A stretch of 64,000 bases of DNA. Origin: Azolla caroliniana (lineage: Eukaryota > Plantae > Polypodiophyta). Every line of letters starts with the position of its first letter. Position 1 is the first letter of the stretch. The notes below the pieces were generated by a model, which saw only the letters and a program-made list of their open reading frames with translations, searched no databases and was not told the origin of the DNA. The stretch is taken from positions 124,001 through 188,000 of the forward strand of contig JBHGNT010000031.1 in NCBI GenBank assembly GCA_043228905.1. The letters run 5' to 3'. Below, one piece after another: positions 1-13,042 of the stretch. The position numbers and the translations under genes are program-made.

Positions 1-152
1 TTTGACAATGAGTATACCATATTCAAATCTTGTAATCAAGGTTCTCCCTAGTTCTAAGCTTTATTCTACATTTCAGTATGGTTGATGATCCAAATGTGAA
101 TTGGACATGTGGTTGTTGCAAACATAGCATCTCATAGAATGGCATTGACACT

Positions 153-915
153 ATAGATAGCTAGATAGAATTTATTATCGTCCTCATGGGTCAAATATGA
201 CTCATGGATAGGAATTGGTAACGGTTCAATTTGAGAGTGTCAAACTCAAACAATAAAAAAATCTGTAACTTAAACCAAACCAAACCACGAAACCATTTTA
301 ACCGACCCATTACAAAAAATTCAAGCTCAAACCAAATGGTTTTAGAGACTTTCAAACCTTTGAACCATAGTATGAACCATACGTGCATTCGCATTCACGA
401 ATGTTTCAATCATTCGAATATGGTAAACACCCTCGAAGAATGGTAAATACCATACTTTTGGATTAACTATTTATTATGAGGTAAATAAATCGATAAAAAG
501 GAAAAAAACTTTAAAAAGGGGGGAAAAAACAAAAAAAACACACAAGAATGTTTGAACAACATTCGCATTCGTTTTCCAATGTGGGAAAAGGAATGTTATG
601 CTAGACGAACACGAATTTTACGTACTTTGCTTTAAATTATTAAAACCGTGGTTTTGCAGTTCGGTTTTGGTTTTCAAGTTAGGTCAAAATTCAAGTTAGG
701 TATAATTTTGTGAGGAATGTGTGTAGCGAGCAGATTGTATTGGCAATTGGTTGAATGTAAGGCATTGTATCAAAGTGTGATACTATACTTCTTGCATTTG
801 TCTTGGGAAAAATATGCGTAGTCAATGAGTCTCATCACATGTGGCCCAAAACTTTGTCATATTGAAAAAATGGTACAAACTACAGACAAAGGAAAGGGTT
901 CTAACATGTATTGAT
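153..915 (-). mobile_element. 5'-truncated RTE-like LINE fragment, interrupted by an insertion at ~209-690
   Basis: 153-206 matches the 3' end of the LINEs at 14368 and 46884: hairpin GGGTCAAATATGACTC, polyA signal (plus tttatt 171-176) and a (TCTA)-like tail. About 700-915 aligns by eye with 14560-14783 (gcattgtatcaaagtgtgatact ... tctaacatgta). Ends at an (AG)n tract at 916. Confidence 0.7.
209..690. mobile_element. Possible hAT-type MITE remnant
   Basis: Starts TAGGAATTGGTAACGGTTC, which resembles hAT TIRs. AAACC(A) subterminal repeats at 271-370 are mirrored by GGTTTT repeats at 650-675. It splits the LINE fragment. No right TIR or TSD found. Confidence 0.35.
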
Positions 916-3900
916 GAGAGAGAGAGAGAGAGGAGGGAGAGAGATTAATATTTACTAAAAAGAAAATCAACTTATGCGACAAATCATGATTACTAGGAGC
1001 GAATTCTAGTCATCCATACATAGAAATAAAAATAAAAATAAAAATATTAGCATTCGTGAAGCTCCATGATCATTATCTAAATGCACATGGCAAAATGATT
1101 TTTTAGATGGTATACAAGCATGAAGTGCATCTCTATTATGTATGGCAAAGGGTGACTTGAATTCAAATCCAAGGTTGATTCATGGGGTGAAATTACACTC
1201 TAGAGAAGTTTAACAAGTGCAGATTGGACAAGGTGAGCAATTATTTCCATAATTTGACGATGGTATGGGCCATGTACCTTATATTCGGTTACTCACGATC
1301 TTGTTTGTTGTCAATATTCCTTTGATAGCTCTATCATGACTCCTTGGCAAAGAGCTATGCAAGAAATTAGTGATATGCAATTGTCATAGCATTTTGCATG
1401 CTAATGTAAGGATTAATACATATGCTTTTGAAGCCTAAGCAACATTTGGCCAAACTATCTTGGGTCAGGTTTCTCGATCATTTGTCGAATGGTGTTGGAC
1501 TTCACATAGATCATATTGCTACAATTGCTTTATATTCTAATGACATTTTGATCTCTATCATTCTTTTCCAACGCTCACTTCTTTGTACGATTTTTAAAAA
1601 AAAATCTTAAAATTCAAAAATCAACAATATAAAATTTTCCCTTAAAGTTGGCGTTGTTCCATGATTAGTCTTAGTGTAACCTAATGACCAAGAGTGGAAC
1701 TTTTTGGTTTAAAGTTTTCTCGACCAAATACACATTTGTGGTGATGTTTAAGCCATGAGCTAATATTTTGTTCCGTGATAGTTCTAAACTTCTATATAAT
1801 TCGGTTATAACCAAACGAACCATGATAGTGCAATAGTCAAATATTAAAAATTTATCTCCTTCTTTATGGATCGGTTTAACTCAATTCATGAGCTATTTTT
1901 TGTAAATCTTCATTGATAGGTTAATCTTTTCTATGATGGGTTTCTATTCTTTTCTATTTCAAGTGCTCACTTGTCATTGAAGTTTCATCCATTGCTTTGC
2001 TATTAGACATTTGTTTTGCACCTCTATTCACATATTCAATAAACACATATGCATTACATGTTGTTTCCATAATCAATGCCAGAAGCATTATCCCACTTGT
2101 ATATTGTTTCATCTCATCATCATAGGGTTCATTCATTATATCTTTCTTTTTGCATTTGAGTTATCTTTATGCTAACTTTGTTTGGTGTTTAAACGTTGGT
2201 GTCTTCTTCCTTTCTTGCATTTAATAATTTTCTTATTCTTTCTCCTCACAATTTATCAATATTGATACTCTCCCTCTACTCTTTGCATTTTTGTCAACAA
2301 GCAACAAAGAGCAGGGTTGGGGAGACACCATTTGTTAGGAATATGTCCCTCCTATGTGGGAAGTCGATAGTCGGTGTCTATGAGAGAAGTCGCCAGTCGA
2401 ACAGAGAGAAGTCAAACATTGGATAGTCGGTCGGATCGACCGGCGAGTCGAAAGGGTTGTCGACTGCTTTGAAAGAGATAGAGAGAGTCGACGACATCAT
2501 GGATGCTCCAGGTCAAGGAGAAGGCCGACTAGTCAGGTTGATTGGATAGCCGACATGGGAGTCGGCTAGTCGAGCCGACTAGAACATCAACATAGGAGTC
2601 GATTAGCTAGCTAATCAACTGAGCTTAATAATAATGAAAGCTATGTTTGTAAATAGCCCATACTGTGCATGAGTATAAATACACCTATGGCAAACATAGT
2701 GTAAGGATTGTAGAACATAACGAAGTGTTGCACAGAGCGTAATAGAGAGATTGTAAGAGATAGAGACGCGAGAGCGCGTGAGTGAGTGGTGCCATAGCTG
2801 TAGGATATCAGACAACAAGAGCCATGTGTTGCTGATACACTTTGTACTGATAGAGTACAGTTTTACTCTATTCTTCCTTGTACATCTCTGTCATAGTGAT
2901 TTTTTCTATTGCCCATGGTTTTTCCCCTATTTAGGGTTTCCACGTAACATCTTGTGTACTGTGTATTTCTGTTCTTCTCTATTTTGTTTGCATATTTCAG
3001 TCTATCTTTCTCAAGAATATACAGTCCTATCATGTTAAACGGGTATCAGAGTTTGAGGTGCAGAAATGGAAGGAGGCGCGAGCGGCTTCCCAGACATGAC
3101 AATCCTAAACTTACATAACTACTCCGACTGGAAGATCTTTTGATTGTCAAATATCTATATAGAGAAGAAATACCCACACGTGTATTAAAGTCTAAATGGA
3201 AACTCCTAAACAGGAAAGTGGTGACCACCATCAGACAGTGCGTAGATGTGAGTGTCCTTCAGCATGTGGCTAACGACACTAATGCCTACGAGATGTGACA
3301 GAAGTTGTCAAGGCTATACGAGAGGAAGAATGCCCTCAACAAGACATCTTTGATGAGAAAGATAGTAAGGCTAAAGTATAGAGACGTAGAAAGCATAGTG
3401 GTGCACATCAACACATTTATGGGGCTAGTAAATCAACTTGCGGCAACCAAGTTCCCACTTGATGATGCTATGTAGGCCTTGTTGTTGTAGTATACCCTGC
3501 CAAACAGCTGGGAGAACCTGGTGGTGACTTGCAGCACCTTGTGTCAAGAAGAAAACTTGTCTCTACAAGTGGTAAAGACAAGTATCTTGAACGAGGAGAC
3601 AAGAAGTACAAACAAAGAAGGAACAAACAAAGGAGTCCACAAAGAAGGGACAAGTCCCATGCTAGATCCAAGTGCAGAGCTAAGCTTACATGCTTTTATT
3701 GTGGAAAACCTAGACACTTCTAGAAGGACGGTCGGCACCTTAAGATGGACAAAGGTGTCTCGCATGATGTCGAACCTAGAAAGATTTATGAGTAGAAGGG
3801 CACTTTAGTTGTCGCTACGAGCGAAGAAGAACTTTTGTTCATTTGTGAACATGCAAATGCAAATCGTGCAAATGAAGAGTGCACCTGGGTGATTGACTCC

Positions 3901-5323
3901 GGTGCATCATTCCACATAACTCCTTCGAGAGAGTAGGTCTCATCTTACCCAACTGGTGACTATGGCTATGTGAAGATGGTAGATAATGGAGAATGCAGGA
4001 TAGACGGCATAGGAAGTGTGTGCCTAACAAAGTCGATTAGTTATTGCCTGACCCTAAAGGATGTTCGACATGTCCCTGATATCAACTGGAAGATTGGACG
4101 ATGAAGATTATAGTGGTCGTTTTCGAAATGGCAAATGGAAGTTCTGTCTGAGGAACCTCATGGTGGCCTGAGCACAGAAACAAGGCACATTGTATATGAT
4201 GAAAGCCAAGTTGTGCAAGGATGATGCAAATGTGGTTGCCGACTCGAGCGGAGAGATGGCATGAGAGGCTTGGCCATATGAGCGAAAAGGGAATGCATAT
4301 CCTAGCCGACCAGAAGCTCATTCCAGAAGTAAAAGGAGTGCACTTGGAGAAGTGTGTTGACTACTAGGTCGGAAAGCAGAACATAGCAATATTCCACACA
4401 AGACCACCAAAGAGGAGAGAATGTACACTAGAACTGGTCCACATGGATGTGTGCTATGTGGATGCTCCATCACATCGTGGTGGACAATACTTTGCGACAT
4501 TCATCGATGACTACAGTAGAAAGTTGCGGGCTTTCGCGCTTAAGTCGAAAGATCAAGTGTTATCGGTTTTCAAAGAATTTCAAGCCAAAGCTGAAAGAGA
4601 GTCTGGTCGGAAGTTGAAGGTTGTCTGAACCGACAATAGTGGCGAGTAGAGAGGACAGTTCGAAGAATACTGCAAGTCCCAATGTATTCAAGTCGAATAC
4701 ATAATGCCAAAGACACTTGAGTTGAATGGGCTTGCAGAGAGGATGAATTAGACGATCATGGAAAGAGTGAGGAGCATGCTCTCGCATGCAAAGTTGCCGA
4801 AATCATATTGGGCTGAGGCGATGTACACAATTGTTTATCTTATCAACATGTTTCCCTCACTGCCTCTGAAAGGTGATGTTCCACAAAGGGTGTGGTCAAG
4901 TAAAGATGTCTCCTACCAACACATGAGCATGTTCGGATGCCTGGTATATATGCATGTAGCTAAGGACCAGAGGTCAAAGCTCAACAACAAGTCAAAACCA
5001 TGCATATTCCTAGGGTATTCAGAGATTGAATTCGTCTACAGGTTGTGGGACCTTCTCGATAAGAAGGTTATGAGGATTCGAGACTTAGATTTAACTTTAT
5101 GGATGACAAGACAATCGAAGACTCGAAAAAACAGTAGTCGGGGTTGTCTTCTTGACCAACTCCGAACACAGGACTAGTTGACTTGGCATAGTCGATAATT
5201 AGAAGACAGCCAGTCGGAATAGCCGAATCTGAGTCGGTCGACTCAAAGCCAGAGTCGGCCGACCTACTGAAGTCGATTGAGGAACATGAGTCAAAGTCGG
5301 TTAATCTTCAACAACCTACCGAC

Positions 5324-8020
5324 ACGTATGAACCCGAGCCGAATGAAGAGTTGGTAGGAACATCCAAATCCCGACAATGGGAGGTAGGAGATATCCACTC
5401 AAAGAAAGGACAACACTCACTTGATATGCCAATCAATATGTCCTCTTGATTGATGAAGGTGAGTTCAAATGCTATGATGAAGCCATAGCTGATGACCACA
5501 AATAGAAAGGGTTGAGTGCAATGCAAGACGAGATAGAATCCTTGCATGAAAAGTACACCTATGAGCTGGTTGAGTTGCCAAAAGGGAAGAGAGCACTTCG
5601 AAACAAATGGGTCTACAAGGTGAAAATTGGAGAAGTCAACAACGCACCTAGATATAAAGCCCACGTTGTGGTAAAGAGATTTCAATAGAAATAGGGAATA
5701 GACTTTGACGAGATATTCACTCCAGTTGTGAACATGACATCCATCCGAACTGTTCTGAGCATAGCTTCCAGTATGGATCTGGCGATTGAACAGTTAGATG
5801 TCAAGATGACATTATTGCATGGGGAATTAGAAGAAGAGATCTATATGCAACAACCCAAAGGCTTCATGGAGAAAGGAAAAGAGAATTTGGTGTATCGACT
5901 GAGGAAAAGCTTGTATGGTCTAAAACAAGCTCCACGTCAATGGTACAAGAAGTTTGAATCCTTCATCCTGGAACACGGGTTCCATAAAACACAAGTTGAT
6001 CATTGTGTGTTCGTCAAAAGTTATGACAAAGGTGACTTCTTGATTCTCTTATTATATGTTGATGACATGTAAATGGTCGAACAGGACATGAAGAAAATCG
6101 TGAGCTTGAAGAAAGCATTAGGAAAATCGTTTTCCATGAAAGATCTTGGACCGGCCAAACAGATTTTGGGGATGCACATAGTTCAAGATCTAAGAAGGTG
6201 TTGTGGATGTCACAAGAGAAGTATGTGGCAAAATTCCTAGAAAGATTTAACATGTCAAAAGCAAAGCCGGTTACAGTCGGCACCTCTACATCGGCTACCA
6301 CGCACGCACTCGCTCTCAGACCCTACGCTTACCCGAAACACACACACATACATACGCGACGCTAGTTCCACACGTAGAGGAAGAAGGAGCCTGCATCCTA
6401 GGCGCGGTCGGGGAGCTCCCGGGCTCGTTCGCACGACGAGACCCTTGTGCAGGGCATGCGTCTTCCAGAACGACCACCTCCTGTCGCCAAGCCGCCTACA
6501 GGGAGCACACGGGCTCGCCGACTCAAGTAGGGAAACCTACCAACGAACCACCTAGCTCGCGGGCTCGTCACGACTGATAGAAGCCAACACCCACACACAC
6601 ACAGACATACCGAACCGTGGAGTGCTGAGAAGCCAACAAGCAGGAACTCACGACAGGCACAGACAGTCTGCGCGCCTCCTGCCACAACTGAACACACCGC
6701 ACATGCACGCACACAAATGACACCGAAACTCTAACAGAGAATAGAGACAACTCACCCCCCCAAGATGAAGAGAAGACAGAAATCGACGTTATGCACAGAA
6801 GTTTATTAACACCCAAAATGGAACCCTCGAAGGGGAACCCTTTTACAAGGGGCGCGCCCTCCCTTTTATAGAAAAAGGTGAGGGTCACATGACTATGCGG
6901 GATAAATCCCGATTTACATGGGATTCTCTGTCCCAAATTAACTCCTACTCGGCACCATAAAGGCACCCCTATTGTTCACACGTTTTTACAGGGGTGAGTG
7001 CACATGTTCCACCCCGTCGATTCTTCCGACATTCCCCGGTTTCTCACCATGGCCTGGAATCTTCACGACAACGTATGAACCCGAGCCGAATGAAGAGTCG
7101 GCAAGAACATCCAAACCCCGACAATAGGAGGCAGGAGATATCCACTCAAAGAAAGGACAACACTCACTTGATACGCCAATCAATATGTCCTCTTGACTGA
7201 TGAAGGTGAGCTCGAATGCTATGATGAAGCCATAGCCGATGAGCACAAATAGAAATGGCTGAGTGCAGTGCAAGATGAGATGGAATCCTTGCATGAAAAT
7301 TACACCTATGACCTGGTTGAGTTGCCAAAAGGGAAGAGAGCACTTCGAAACAAATGGGTCTACAAGGTGAAAACTGGAGAAGTCGATATAAAGCTCGCAT
7401 TGTGGTAAAGGGATTTCAACAAAAAAAGGGTGTAGACTTTGACGAGATATTCGCTCCAATTGTGAAGATGACATCCATACAAATTGTTCTGAGCATAGCT
7501 TCCAGTATGGATCTGGCAATTGAACAGTTAGATGTCAAGACGATATTATTGCATGGGAAATTAGACGAAGAGATTTATATGCAACAACCCGAAGACTTCG
7601 TGGATAAAGGAAAAGAGAATCTGGTGTATCGACTGAGGAAAAGCTTGTATGATCTGAAACAAGCTCCACGCCAATGGTACAATAAGTTTGAATCCTTCAT
7701 CCTGGAACACGGGTTCCATAAAACACAAGTTGATCATTGTGTGTTCATCAAAAGTTATGACAAAGGTGACTTCTTGATTCTCTTATTATATGTTGATGAC
7801 ATGTTAATAGTCGAACAGGACATGAAGAAAATGAAGAAAATCATGAGCTTGAAGAAACCATTAGGCAAATCATTTTCCATGAAACATCTTGGACCGGCCA
7901 AATAGATTTTGGGGATGCACATAGTTCAAGACAGAACTAAGAAGGTGTTGTGGATGTCACAAGAGAAGTATGTGGCAAAATTCCTAGAAAGATTTAACAT
8001 GTCAGAAGCAAAGCCAGTCA
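5324..8020 (+). repeat. ~950 bp direct duplication of the Copia INT-RT segment (5324-6273 and 7071-8020)
   Basis: Both copies start acgtatgaacccgagccgaatgaagag, run through LYVDDM and end at aagcc(g/a)gt(t/c)a. They are separated by an LTR fragment. Confidence 0.93.
6274..7070 (-). mobile_element. Truncated LTR (TGTCG-type)
   Basis: The minus strand starts TGTCGTGAAGATTCC at 7070, like the LTR terminus at 60167. TATA-like CTATAAAAGG near 6865. No second terminus. Flanked by ACGT at 7071-7074. Confidence 0.7.
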
Positions 8021-8317
8021 ATTCTACATTGCCGACAAATTGCAAGCTAAATGCTAAGCAATCCCAAAAAGGGAGAAGGACAAGGCCGAGATGAGGAAAG
8101 TATCGTATGCCTCTGACGTTGGCAGTTTGATGCATGTTATGGTCTATACAAGACTAGACATAGCATTTGTAGTCAAAACGGTGTCGTGATGTTGCACATC
8201 TAGTGGGAGAAAAAGTGAAAAAGTGTGGTTCCACGCACATTACACAAATACTTGTAAAAATGAAAATAAATCAATAATCAATCATCCAAGGGCCTAATGG
8301 CATTGAGTGCGTACATA

Positions 8318-8390
8318 GGGGTGCAAGTAAGATTTGAACCTTGCACCTCCAAGATAGGAGGCAATTAGCTTACCACTAAAGCTACTACTA
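8318..8390 (-). promoter_or_regulatory. tRNA-like Pol III internal promoter (A and B box) inside the 5' LTR
   Basis: Minus strand: A box TAGCTTTAGTGG (8384-8373) and B box GGTTCAAATC (8340-8331), 44 nt apart as in tRNAs. D-like stem GCTT/AAGC and a CCTCC/GGAGG hairpin. No acceptor stem. Confidence 0.7.
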
Positions 8391-11303
8391 AGTGCTTTAG
8401 ATTTTGTATATTTCCTTCCCATATTCAGTATTCCATAGGAAACAAACGTACAAAACCGTGTGCACAAAACCATGGTTTTAAGCCCATTGTTTTATGCATG
8501 TCATAAGCAAAACTATGTGCACAAAACCATGGTTTTAGCCCATGATTTTGTGCATGTCACAAGCATGTAGAGACCTATAAAAGCCTCTAGTTGGGCTTGT
8601 GTAAGGGGGGCTCAATATGTGATATCATTATCATCACCATCAATATAATCTTCTTCTTAATATTCTTCTTGAAATCTATCTTCTTCTCAAGTGTGACATT
8701 ACTTTCCTCGATTCCTACATACACATCGTCATCTTTTCGACAATTTCGCAAACGTCCTCCCCGGTCCGAGACCCGAGTGGTCCCGCTCAAGCGAAGCACA
8801 CACGTTCACGCATCTTCGCGACATCTTTTGGTGAACCCGACGTGAAGAGCGACAGGGGAGGATGAAGATGGACAAGGAATATCTCATGGAGGCAATGTCA
8901 AACTTGATGATAATGGAATATTTTACAGAAGGGAAAAGACGAGATGCGGCCCAACAAGTCGTCGACAACGTGGTCGAGCGAGTCAGCTATTTCGACGGGG
9001 GCATAGTCCAAAATTTTCTAGACACCTACAATGCCAAGATGGATTCGAGAGGTGTGAATGAAGCTTTGAGGCTGGAGTACTTTTGTCGGGTGGTGGCTGA
9101 ACTGATTTATAAAGAGGTAAAAGAGCTTCGAGAAGCTCATGATTCGTGGGTGACTTTCACGGAGGCTCTATTGAAGTCATATGGCTACGAGAGACCGAAG
9201 GGACAAGGTCGGCGTGATTTCGACCAGTGGGTGGCATCGGTGAAGACCCACCAAGGTGCGACGCAAGCATTCCTAGACTTCCGAGTGTTGTTTTTCTCAA
9301 CTATCGGAGCATGAACAAAGATTGGTGGGGGTGGATAAGGTTTTGTTGTTCGTGACGTCGATCGATCGAAGGGAAAGGATGGCCATTGGACTCAAACTCG
9401 AAGAAGATTATGGTGCAAATGGCCTCACCGAGGATTGGAGAAGAGTGGAAAGGGTATGCCGACAACACGATGAGAGGAAGACGAGATTCTCGTCGACAAC
9501 AACACAACCCATGAGAGGTGTTCAAAGGAGAACGAGATGTGGCAATACACCACCACCCAAGGAAGAAAGCTCGAAGAGGGAAGATTCGATACTCAACATA
9601 GAAGTCTTTATGAGAGAGGCATTCGAGAACTTAAAGGCACAATTTGAGGCTGAAGAGAAGCTTCAAAAGGAGCAAAAATTGAAGCAAATGGTGATCGAGA
9701 AAGAAGAGACCTCCCGACGAATGCAGACTAATGATGCGGCCAATACGAAGGCCCAGGTTCGGTACGATAGTACCACGGGAGAAGGTGTAGAACAAGCCAC
9801 CTTCTCAACTTATGGAGGAACGACGGTCAAGAGAAAGACCGAAGACTCGAGAGCAGGAAATGTTGCTTTAAGAGTGGACGAGCATTTCGGAACACACGTT
9901 GTGTCCGAAATATCAAGTGATGAAGGTGCAAGCATGAGCAAAGCTTACGTGATCAAGGGAGATAAAGAGTGTGATGCTGACGTGATTGAGGCGGTAGCCA
10001 TGAGGAACGACATCGAGTCGGAGATGGCTATGGACAGGTCCACGGTGGATGGCCGTGTCGATACTTTCCCAACACTTGATCTACAGACTTGGGCAGTTGC
10101 GTTCGAGAGACAACATGAGACCCAAGAGACAGAAAGTGGCAAGGAAGCCAAAGTGAATAACAATGTTGAGGGAAAGATGTCTATGGATGAGTCGACTGTC
10201 ACCGATGGTGCCAAGGTTCTCCCCACAATTGTTCCTTAGACTTCGACAGTTGTGCCCGAGTGTCAACGTGAGACCGAAGAGAGGGAAGGTGGCGGCAGGA
10301 AATTGAAGGACCGAAACAACGATGAGGAGGATGGCCACAGACAAAGGGATCCCTCCACACCGGTTCCGGAGACTTCGGTAGTTGTGCCCGAGAGCCAACA
10401 TAAGACCAGAGAGATGGAAGGTGGCGGCGAGGAGATGAGGGTTGAAGCCATCGCATACGGAGGAATGGTAGCCAACAAGGACGCCAAAAACAAAACTACA
10501 ATAGAGCTCGATGAAGAGCCAGAGAGCGTCAAGAAAGGAAGAACCGGAATACAGTCCGGATGGAAGATGACGCGGTTGGTATTCTAACCCGAACGGAAGC
10601 CGACCCGAACGAGAGTTGATCAACCGAGCCCGACCCAACCGAAAACCGGATGGAAACTAACCCGGACAAAAGTCAATCATCTGAGTCCAATTTGGCCGAA
10701 TGCGAATCCGGACAAAGGCCGACCAAGCCAGAAGTTGATTGGTCGAGACCGATCCAAAAAAAGTTGAGCCGGCCTAGATGGAGGTCGAAGCAGACGAGCC
10801 GTTACACCCGGTCGAGGCTGGTGAGCATAAGGAAAGGCAAGCATGAGACAAGAAAGGATTATAAAGGAAAGTTAGGTGACCAAGGAGATGGCCGAGATGA
10901 AGGTGGCACATGGACGAGGCATGAAGCGTTATGCTTAGGAGGAGCAAAGGGAGCCATGACAATAAAAGGTGAGCGAATGATATGGTGGATCGGATGGCAA
11001 CGGCAATTTGGGTAGAAACCAGAGACATGTTCGAACTAGACGACAAAAAGACGGTGCGGGTGAGTCGCAAGAAAGGAGGAAATCAAAGACCAACCGCCTT
11101 TGACCCTGCCACATCACTCTTTTGTTCTTAGCACATACCGGAGGATGTGCGGTTTGGTGGGGGTGAATGTCGTGATGTTGCACGTCTAGTGGGAGAAAAA
11201 GTGAAAAAGTGTGGTTCCACGCACATTACACAAATACTTGTAAAAATGAAAATAAATCAATAATAAATAATCCAAGGGCCTAATGGCATTGAGTGCGTAC
11301 ATA

Positions 11304-11376
11304 GGGGTGCAAGTAAGATTTGAACCTTGCACCTCCAAGATAGGAGGCAATTAGCTTACCACTAAAGCTACTACTA
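11304..11376 (-). promoter_or_regulatory. tRNA-like Pol III internal promoter inside the 3' LTR
   Basis: Same cassette as 8318-8390: A box 11370-11359, B box 11326-11317. Confidence 0.7.
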
Positions 11377-13042
11377 TGTACTTTAGATTTTGTATATATT
11401 TCCTTCCCATATTCAGTATTCCATAGGATACAAACGTACAAAACCGTGTGCACAAAACCATGGTTTTAAGACCATGGTTTTATGCATGTCATAAGCAAAA
11501 CTGTGTGCACAAAACCACGATTTTAGCCCATGGTTTTGTGCATGTCACAAGCATGTAGAGACCTATAAAAGCCTCTAGTTGGGCTTGTGTAAGGGGGCCC
11601 CAATATGTGATATCATTATCATCACCATCAATATAATCTTCTTCTTAATATTCTTCTTGAAATCTATCTTCTTCTCAAGTGTAAAATCTTTGATCTTCTC
11701 AAGTGTGACATTAGTTTCCTCGATTCCTACATACACATCGTCATCTTTTCGACAATTTCGCGAACGTCCTCCCCGGTCCGAGACCCGAGTGGTCCCACTC
11801 AAGCGAAGCACGCACATCCGCGCATCTTCGCAACATCTTTTGGTCAGCCGATACATGAGTAATCTAGGGAAAGAACATAGGGCAGCAGTAAAGTGGATAC
11901 TCAGGCACTTGAAAGGCACCTAAAGGGTGTGCCTTATGTATGGTTCTGGAAATTTGTGCTCGAAGGTTTTATCGACGCAGACATGTTGGGAGATATAGAC
12001 TCCAGTCGATCCACATCATGTTATGTGATGACCTATGAAGGGGGAGCAATGTCATGGCAGTCAAGGTTGTAGAAGATTGTGGCTTTGTCAACCACAGAGG
12101 TAGAGTATATGGTTATTGTTGAAACTGGTAAGGAGCTAATATGGATGAGGAGTTTCCTCAGTGAACCCGAAATGAAGCAAGGAGAATTCTTGCCCCATTT
12201 TGATAGTCAAAGAACCATACATCTAGCCAAGAACGATATGTAGCACTCTCGGACCAAACACATAAAGAGAAGGTATCACTGGTTGAGGGAGAAAGTAAAC
12301 GAGGAAGAGTTCACCCTCGTTAAGATCCATATTGATGATAATGGATCCGACATGCTCACTAAGAACCTACCTATGGATAGACTCAGAGTCTATGGACAAA
12401 AGACTGGAATGATCGACTCCTCCACATAGGATTGAAGGGGAAGTTTGTTAGGAATATGTCCCTCCTTTGTGGAAAGTTGACAGTCAGTGTCTATGAGAGA
12501 AGTCGCCAGTCAAACAGAGACAAGACGAACACTGGATAGTCGATCGGATCAACCAGCGAGTCAACAAGGTTGTCGACTGCTCTGAAAGAGATAGAGAGAG
12601 TAGTCGACTACATCATGGATGCTCCAGATCAAGGAAAAGGCCGACTAGTCAGGTCGACTAGCCGACATGCGAGTCGGCTAGTTGGGTCGAGTAGAAAATC
12701 GACATAGGAGTCAATTAGTTGGTTGATCAACTGAGATTAATAATAATAGTAATAATGAAAGCTATGTTTGTAAATAGCCCATATTGTGCATGAGTATAAA
12801 TACACCTAGGGCAAACATAGTGTAAGGAGTGTAGAACATAATGAAGTATTGCACAGAGCATAATAGACAGAGTGTAAGAGATAGAGACGCAAGAGCGCGT
12901 GAGTGAGTGGTGCCATACCTATAAGATATCATACGACAAGAGCCCTGTGTGGTTGATACACTTTGTATTGACAAAGTTTTGTACTCTGTTCTTCCTTGTA
13001 CATCTCTGCCATATTGATTTTTTTCTATTGGTCATGGTTTTT

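Larger units (their letters stand above)
8182..11835 (+). mobile_element. Non-autonomous gag-only LTR retroelement (TR-GAG-like), primed by tRNA-Trp
   Basis: LTRs 8182-8823 and 11168-11835 (TGTCGTGATG...CGACA/CAACA). 18-nt PBS TGGTGAACCCGACGTGAA at 8829-8846 is complementary to the plant tRNA-Trp 3' end. G-rich PPT before 11168. Internal gag-like ORF from 8862 (YFDGGIVQNFLDTY...SWVTFTEALLKSYG) followed by an acidic tail. No PR/RT/INT motifs. Inserted in the host RT between VVKT and VSRYMSN. Confidence 0.9.

Noticed and set aside
8318-8390. Functional tRNA genes at the four A/B-box sites
   Set aside because: No acceptor-stem pairing or canonical anticodon loop. Reported as tRNA-like cassettes instead.
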